Assembly (NCBI RefSeq): GCF_000015025.1
Contig: NC_008578.1
Coordinates: 2,220,001-2,252,000 of the forward strand
DNA from: Acidothermus cellulolyticus 11B
Lineage (GTDB): Bacteria > Actinomycetota > Actinomycetes > Acidothermales > Acidothermaceae
Reading direction: 5' to 3'
DNA: 32,000 nucleotides
This document shows, in pieces, positions 18,807-24,224 of this stretch. The first letter of the stretch is position 1; each line of letters opens with the position of its first letter. The translations under genes were made by a program, and so were the position numbers. The notes beneath the pieces are model-generated. The model was not told where the DNA came from. It saw nothing but the letters and a program-made list of their open reading frames with translations, and searched no databases.

Positions 18807-19861
18807 CACATATCTTCTTCGTCGCAGGTGGTTTCTGGCTCTATCCGGCAAAAGATTTCAAGTCCCGCGGTTGGCTTCAGCAATGACACGAGTGTTGGTG
18901 GCAGATTTCTTGGCGCAGGCCAACCAGAGACAGATATCACACTGGCGACTCTGGATGCTGCTGGAGAGCGCCTCGACAACAGCAGGATTATTGGCACGTT
19001 TGGCCAAACGCTCCGTGAGCTGCGGGCCCATGCCGCTGAACCAGTGAAAAGAATTAATCGTGGCTGCAGCTCGCGCGCCCAGGGTATTCTCTCCGGCTGC
19101 GGGATAGTCCGCTCCGTCAGGACGGGGTGGCGGAACCACTCCTCTAGCCTGCCGCTGTGCATACGGCCTCGCACATGTAACACGGGGCTCGCCTTCGCAA
19201 GTAGGTCAACGTCCTTAAGAAATGTAGACCATTCGCCGACAACAACCACTGGATGGGCGGCCGACGCGGATAGTCGCTGACCGGCAATTTCCGGGTTACA
19301 TTTCAGCGCCTCCGCTACTTCCCTCCGCAATTCGTCGGGAAGGCGCCATCGGGATCGCTCTGGGAATCCCTCCGGCAGCCGGTGCACACTGCCCCGATCC
19401 CCGCGGAAATGTACGCCCGCGAACATCAGTTCCTCGTCACTCATACGATCCAGCGAAGCATCGATAAATTCGCCGCTTAACCAACCGGTCACCCTCGCCC
19501 CAACTTCAAGGCGCGTATGTGGGCAATCCCGACATAATCGGTTGACGAGTGTGGCACCGAGCGTGACAACAACTCCGGCAAGTTGCGGGGTTGGAACCGT
19601 TATGATCACCCGCAAGTTCCGGGCCGATGCGGTCTCAAGACAGGTAAGTGCCTGAGCCAAGCAATGCAGGTGGCGCAGACCTGCGGGTAGTACCTCCGCT
19701 TCTGCGCGGGCTCGTCGTTGCAACACGCAGATCACCTTGTATGCCAAGCGCACACGGAGATGGCTTTCGGACGTACCATACGCGCTACGGCGGACGTGCG
19801 CACGCCTTTCGGCGGAAAATGGTGGAAGAGAGCCGATCACCGTAGCTTCGAATCGACGCAC
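18803..19861 (-). CDS. Hypothetical protein A of the island operon (no recognisable domain; start uncertain)
   Basis: 352-codon ORF from GTG 19861, with no convincing SD at any candidate start. It contains four in-frame TTA codons (19535, 19478, 19178, 19055) and ends ...CDEEDMW. It is the first gene of the coupled four-gene operon. Confidence 0.55.
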   Translation of the reverse strand: MRRFEATVIGSLPPFSAERRAHVRRSAYGTSESHLRVRLAYKVICVLQRRARAEAEVLPAGLRHLHCLAQALTCLETASARNLRVIITVPTPQLAGVVVTLGATLVNRLCRDCPHTRLEVGARVTGWLSGEFIDASLDRMSDEELMFAGVHFRGDRGSVHRLPEGFPERSRWRLPDELRREVAEALKCNPEIAGQRLSASAAHPVVVVGEWSTFLKDVDLLAKASPVLHVRGRMHSGRLEEWFRHPVLTERTIPQPERIPWARELQPRLILFTGSAAWARSSRSVWPNVPIILLLSRRSPAASRVASVISVSGWPAPRNLPPTLVSLLKPTAGLEIFCRIEPETTCDEEDMW

Positions 19862-20219
19862 GTAGCGGAGTGCCTGCTAACCCAGGAACGCTGGCCTGGA
19901 CAGGACGATTACCGCGGGACGACTCCACGCTGGAAATCTGGTCAGACGGATCACCAGAGCGTAAGCGCTAACCCGGTGGAGGATGGCACTCGGATACCTA
20001 GACGCCTCCAGCAGCCGACATCAATGCGTCGCAACGACCCATATCGCCGGAGCGTGATCGTCGAGCAGGGCAGGGTGAAGAACGCGAAGTGTATCTACAC
20101 ACGTGGCACCACATACACACCAAATCCGTGGCGAAGGTGCCATGATTCTCAACGCAGCGAAGACCGATGCCACTGCCCGAAATGTCACGAGTGGTAGCAG
20201 TTGGGTAGAGGACCGGCAA

Positions 20220-20258
20220 CACGACGGAGCGGGGGTCCGTCACCCACGCCGGCGTACC
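20220..20258. repeat. Right copy of the 39-nt imperfect direct repeat flanking the island
   Basis: The sequence cacgacggagcgggggtccgtcacccacgccggcgtacc lies 11 nt upstream of the PPOX ATG and matches 11656-11694 at 34 of 39 positions. Confidence 0.75.
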
Positions 20259-20268
20259 CTGAGAACCG

Positions 20269-20727
20269 ATGACCACGACCCGAGACGAGCCGCACGGCAA
20301 GCTGCCCGCCGATCACATCGCTTTCCTTTCCGGCCGTCGCCTCGGGCACCTCGTCACTCTTCGGCCCAACGGATGGCCGCACATCTCCAACGTCCTCTAT
20401 CACGTGGACGCCGACCAGCCGATCATCCGGATCTCGGTTACCGATGATCGGGTCAAGGTGCGCAACCTTCGACAGGACCCTCGCGCGGTGCTGCACGTCG
20501 ACGGCCCGGACGGCTGGACCTGGCTTGCTGCCGAGGGAATTGCGGAACTCTCGCCGGTTGCCGCGCAGCCCGATGACCCGACCGTCGACGAACTCGCCGA
20601 GATCTACCGCTCGATCCGCGGCGAGGATCACCCGGATTGGTCGGAATTCCGGACAGCGATGGTGGCCGAGAAACGGCTCGTCCTGCGCATCCACATTCGT
20701 CGCACATACGGCCTGCTTCGTCGGTGA
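20269..20727 (+). CDS. PPOX-class (pyridoxamine 5'-phosphate oxidase-like) probable F420-dependent enzyme
   Basis: 152 aa with ATG 20269. The sequence LSGRRLGHLVTLRPNGWPHISNVLYHVD...RISVTDDRVKVRNLRRDPRAVLHVDG...W resembles the Rv1155-type split-barrel family. GC content matches the host. Confidence 0.75.
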   Translation: MTTTRDEPHGKLPADHIAFLSGRRLGHLVTLRPNGWPHISNVLYHVDADQPIIRISVTDDRVKVRNLRQDPRAVLHVDGPDGWTWLAAEGIAELSPVAAQPDDPTVDELAEIYRSIRGEDHPDWSEFRTAMVAEKRLVLRIHIRRTYGLLRR

Positions 20728-20760
20728 GCACAGCCCGGCCCGGCACGAGTGGGAGCCGGC

Positions 20761-22089
20761 CTACTCGGCGGCCTGCCTCACGTTGCCAGCCGCCAGGCCG
20801 CTGATCTGAATGGCCAACGCCTCGAACGCCAGCAGCGGATTGGCGTTCGCCGCCAGGGCCGCCCGGCACTCCATGATCGCGTCGATCCGGTGCAGGGTCA
20901 TTTCGGGAGTCGACCGGGCGGCAACGTCGCGGATTCGATCGAGGACGTCGGCGTTCATCACCCACGGACGGGATCGCGCGGCAACCCCGGGGACCGCCCC
21001 GGCAGCCCCGGCCCCGGAGACCCCTTCGGCAACCCCGGGGACCGCCTCGGCAACCCCGGACACCGTCTCCGCGGCCACTCCCAGTTGAACCAGCAGCACG
21101 TCGCGGAAGAACCCGGCCAAATCCATGAGGGTTCGGTCCAGCGCATCCCGCTGGGCCCGGCTGGCCCGGGATTTTTGCCGCGCCTCGAGCTCGCGGAGTG
21201 CAGCGGAACTACCTCGCAGCACGCCCGACGCGACCCGCCGCCGGTCGCCGGACGCCGTCCCACCCTCGCCGAGCGCTTCCCGCAGGGCAGCGGTCTCGGC
21301 CTGATCGAGCGCTTCCGTCTCCGTGGTCGCTTCGCTCGTCGCGGCGTCAACCAGGTCGGCGGCGACGCGCAAGCACCCGCCGAGATCGATCGGACCCGCC
21401 AACCGGGCCGCCGCCTCCAACACCGCCGATCGCCGGGCCCGCGCCCGCGCGTCGGTCGCCAGCCGCAGCGCGCGGCCGATATGCGCACCCGCCGCCCGGG
21501 CCGCCAGTTCCGCGGTGTCGGCGGCGACGCCGTTCCGCCGAATCAGCAGCTCCGCGACCGCGGCAACCGGCGGAGTGCGAAGGGTCACCAGCCGGCAGCG
21601 GGACCGGATCGTCGGCACCAGATCGTGCGGCGCGGGAACGCACAGCAACCACACCGTCCGGGGTGCCGGCTCTTCGATTGCCTTCAAGAGCACGTTCGCC
21701 GCGCCCTCGGTCAACCGGTCGGCGTCCTCGAGCACGACCACCTGCCAGCGGGCATTCGCCGGGGCCAACGCGGCGCGGGCGACCAGCTCACGCGCCTCGG
21801 CAACCCCAAGGGAGAGACCCTGCGGCCGGACGATCGTCACATCCGGGTGGGTTCCGGCGAGAACCGTCCGGCAGTCGGTGCACTCGCCGCAACCCGGCTC
21901 AGCCGCCCGGCACTGCAGGGCAGCCGCGAACGCCCGAGCGGCCACGCTCCGTCCCGAACCCGGCGGGCCGACGAACAGCCACGCATGCGTCATCCCGGCC
22001 CCCGACGCGCGGGCCGCCGCCGCGACCGCACGCAGCGTCTCGACCACCTGCTGCTGCCCGATAATTTCCCCGAAAACACCGCGGCTCAC
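20761..22089 (-). CDS. holB: DNA polymerase III subunit delta'
   Basis: The N-terminus reads VFGEIIGQQQVVETLR...HAWLFVGPPGSGRSVAARAFAAALQC...GCGECTDC (zinc module), followed by VVVLEDADRLTEGAANVLLKAIEEP and SRC. The GTG start overlaps the tmk stop (GTGA). Confidence 0.85.
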   Translation of the reverse strand: MSRGVFGEIIGQQQVVETLRAVAAAARASGAGMTHAWLFVGPPGSGRSVAARAFAAALQCRAAEPGCGECTDCRTVLAGTHPDVTIVRPQGLSLGVAEARELVARAALAPANARWQVVVLEDADRLTEGAANVLLKAIEEPAPRTVWLLCVPAPHDLVPTIRSRCRLVTLRTPPVAAVAELLIRRNGVAADTAELAARAAGAHIGRALRLATDARARARRSAVLEAAARLAGPIDLGGCLRVAADLVDAATSEATTETEALDQAETAALREALGEGGTASGDRRRVASGVLRGSSAALRELEARQKSRASRAQRDALDRTLMDLAGFFRDVLLVQLGVAAETVSGVAEAVPGVAEGVSGAGAAGAVPGVAARSRPWVMNADVLDRIRDVAARSTPEMTLHRIDAIMECRAALAANANPLLAFEALAIQISGLAAGNVRQAAE

Positions 22090-24182
22090 GGCGTCCCTCC
22101 GGCGGTTGACGGCAGCGGGTCGCGCGGAGCTCGTTTCGGGGGAAACGGCAAGACGGGCAGGATCCGCTGAACGACGAGCCGATGAATGTCCGCAGCGGAC
22201 AACCGGGCGTCGATGACAAGGTACCGTTCCGGATCGGCTTCGGCACGCTGCCGAAACACGTTCCGCACCCGCTCGTGAAAAGCCGCGTCCTCAGCTTGCA
22301 GACGATCGGGTGCGCGGTCCCGCCGTCCCGTGCGGGCCAATCCCTCATCCGGCGGAACATCCAACAGCACGGTGAGATCCGGGCGCAGACCAGACGTCGC
22401 GAACCGCGACAGCTGCTCGACGTCGCGCGGCGATAAATCCCGCCCGCCGCCCTGATAGGCAAGGGATGAATCGACGTACCGGTCGCTGATGACAATCGCA
22501 CCGCGCGCCAACGCCGGCCGAATCACCTTCGCGACGTGCTCCGCCCGATCGGCGGCGTACAGCAACGCTTCGGCGCGCGGGGAGGGAGCCGGTTCCCGGG
22601 GGTCGAGGAGAATCTCGCGAAGCCGATGACCGAGCGGCGTCCCGCCGGGTTCGCGGCTCACCACGACCTCGTATCCGCGATCGGCAAGATAGCGGGCCAG
22701 CAATTCCACCTGTGTCGATTTGCCCGCCCCTTCGCCGCCTTCGAACGCGACGAAGAAACCGGTGGCGACACCCCGCCCGGTCAACGGGTGCCAGCCGAAA
22801 ACGGCATCGATGAAATCACGCCACAACGGCACGTCGCGGTCATCCATCTGCCGATAGGCGACGAGGCCGACGACCAGTGCACCAATGCCTGCGAAGAGCA
22901 GCGTCATCGCCGAGCCGTTGACCGGGAACGTGACGTCGCCGATGCGCAGAACGTGCGTGCCGATGCCGCCAGAGAGAAACGGTCCCGCCGCAACCATCAG
23001 AAGAATGTCCACCTGCATGAGCGACTGCAACGTCGCCCAGGTGCGGCCGCGTGTGGCGTCCTCAACTTCCAAGCCGAGCAAGGTGTACCCGGTGACCCAG
23101 GCAATGCCGGCGCAACAGCCGAGCAGCAGCGCACCGAAAACAACAAGCACCAGATTATGGACCAGCGCGGTCGCCGCGAGAATCACTCCCGCTGCGGCGA
23201 TGCTCAACCCGAAGAGCCGACGCCGGGAGAATCCGCGCAGCACCCGCGGACCGGTGAACATGCCAATGGCCAACCCGAGAAAAACCGCCCCGAACAACAT
23301 GCCGTACCCGGCTCCCCCGCCGCCGAGATCCCGCACGTAAATCGTGGCGACACCGATGACGACCCCGGCCGCGCCGAACGCACCGAGCATTCCGACCGCA
23401 AGGCCGCGCACCACCGGTGTTTGGCCCATGAACCGCCACCCGTCGACGATTGACCGGAACACCGACGGATGCGTGACGACGCCGTCGGCGGTCCGCCGCC
23501 GTCCCCCGTGCGTGGAAATTTCCCGCAGGCTGAAAATCGTCGCCGCCGAGACGAGGAACGTCACCGCATCGAAATACAGGGCGAGGTCGACACGATTCGT
23601 CGTGAACAACGGAATCCAACGGGCAAGGACGCCGGTGAGCAGGCTGAGCAGTGCGAAAACCGCCGCGGCGATCGGGGCCGTGCCATAGGCGCCGAGGAGA
23701 TTCAGCGAGCCGGCGTCGCCCATGCGCTCACGAGGCACCAGATTCGGGACCGTCGCTTCCTTCGCCGGAATCCAGAACAGGCTCAACGTCTCAATGAGGA
23801 AAGTCGCGACAAAGAGCCACCAGAGCGTGTGCACGATCGGGATCGACGCGTAGAGCGCGAACCGTCCGATGTCGGCGATCACCATGGTGAGCCGGCGATC
23901 CAAGCGGTCAGCCAATGCTCCGGCCAACGGCGCGAGGGTCACCGCGGGCAACAACCGGACGAAGACCACCGTCCCGACCGAGAAATTCTGCGCCAGATAC
24001 GTGTGCCCGCTGGCCAAGCTGGCGGCCAGCGCCGTCTGGCCGAGAAAGCCCAGCCAGTCGCCGAAACTCGACACCGCGAGCGCGGTCCAGAGTTTGCGGA
24101 ACGACGGAATCCGCAGCACGCCGCGCAAATCCGACGTACCGACGGCATTCACCGCAGACCCGAGACGAGCCGTGTTGTCCAC
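22086..24182 (-). CDS. tmk: MFS-like membrane domain fused to thymidylate kinase
   Basis: 698 aa. The ~470-aa N-terminal part is polytopic and MFS-like. The C-terminal part, FFVAFEGGEGAGKSTQVELLARYL...SREPGGTPLG...DRYVDSSLAYQG, is a dTMP kinase. The same fusion and the topA-tmk-holB order are known in Streptomyces. Confidence 0.85.
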   Translation of the reverse strand: MDNTARLGSAVNAVGTSDLRGVLRIPSFRKLWTALAVSSFGDWLGFLGQTALAASLASGHTYLAQNFSVGTVVFVRLLPAVTLAPLAGALADRLDRRLTMVIADIGRFALYASIPIVHTLWWLFVATFLIETLSLFWIPAKEATVPNLVPRERMGDAGSLNLLGAYGTAPIAAAVFALLSLLTGVLARWIPLFTTNRVDLALYFDAVTFLVSAATIFSLREISTHGGRRRTADGVVTHPSVFRSIVDGWRFMGQTPVVRGLAVGMLGAFGAAGVVIGVATIYVRDLGGGGAGYGMLFGAVFLGLAIGMFTGPRVLRGFSRRRLFGLSIAAAGVILAATALVHNLVLVVFGALLLGCCAGIAWVTGYTLLGLEVEDATRGRTWATLQSLMQVDILLMVAAGPFLSGGIGTHVLRIGDVTFPVNGSAMTLLFAGIGALVVGLVAYRQMDDRDVPLWRDFIDAVFGWHPLTGRGVATGFFVAFEGGEGAGKSTQVELLARYLADRGYEVVVSREPGGTPLGHRLREILLDPREPAPSPRAEALLYAADRAEHVAKVIRPALARGAIVISDRYVDSSLAYQGGGRDLSPRDVEQLSRFATSGLRPDLTVLLDVPPDEGLARTGRRDRAPDRLQAEDAAFHERVRNVFRQRAEADPERYLVIDARLSAADIHRLVVQRILPVLPFPPKRAPRDPLPSTAGGTP

Positions 24183-24224
24183 GCTCGCTGGGTTCTCGGC
24201 AGGTGGCGTCAGCGCGGCGATGAC

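Larger units (their letters stand above)
11695..20219. other. Horizontally acquired genomic island (defence-island candidate) without a mobility gene
   Basis: The island is bounded by the 39-nt direct repeats. Hand-counted GC of sample 60-nt lines is 45-47% (12721-12780, 15181-15240) and 65% (14281-14340), against 80% in flanking holB (21001-21060). The four island genes hold at least 15 in-frame TTA codons. The island sits between PSP1 and holB, which are usually close neighbours. Confidence 0.7.

Noticed and set aside
11921-19861. Search of the four island proteins for PLD (HxKx4D), HNH, PD-(D/E)xK, SNF2, N6/C5 methyltransferase and extra P-loop motifs, to complete a canonical DISARM, Druantia or BREX assignment.
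   Set aside because: None was found by eye. The only HxK (HLKAIQSG in protein D) lacks the following Asp and the GSxN context. This absence is the basis of the novelty claim, but it needs profile searches to confirm.
19950-20030. Possible minus-strand promoter TTGATG-18 nt-TAGGTA for the island operon.
   Set aside because: The -10 element does not end in T, the spacing is non-optimal, and there is no supporting evidence. It is not reported as a feature.
20240-20254. Exact 15-mer tcacccacgccggcg shared with 30941-30955, considered as a possible common operator.
   Set aside because: A single 15-nt match within 32 kb of strongly GC-biased sequence is within chance expectation. There is no other similarity around it.
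20749-22170. 473-aa plus-strand ORF (and nested ones) antisense to holB.
   Set aside because: It is the same kind of high-GC shadow ORF. The minus strand encodes a recognisable delta' subunit that is coupled to tmk.
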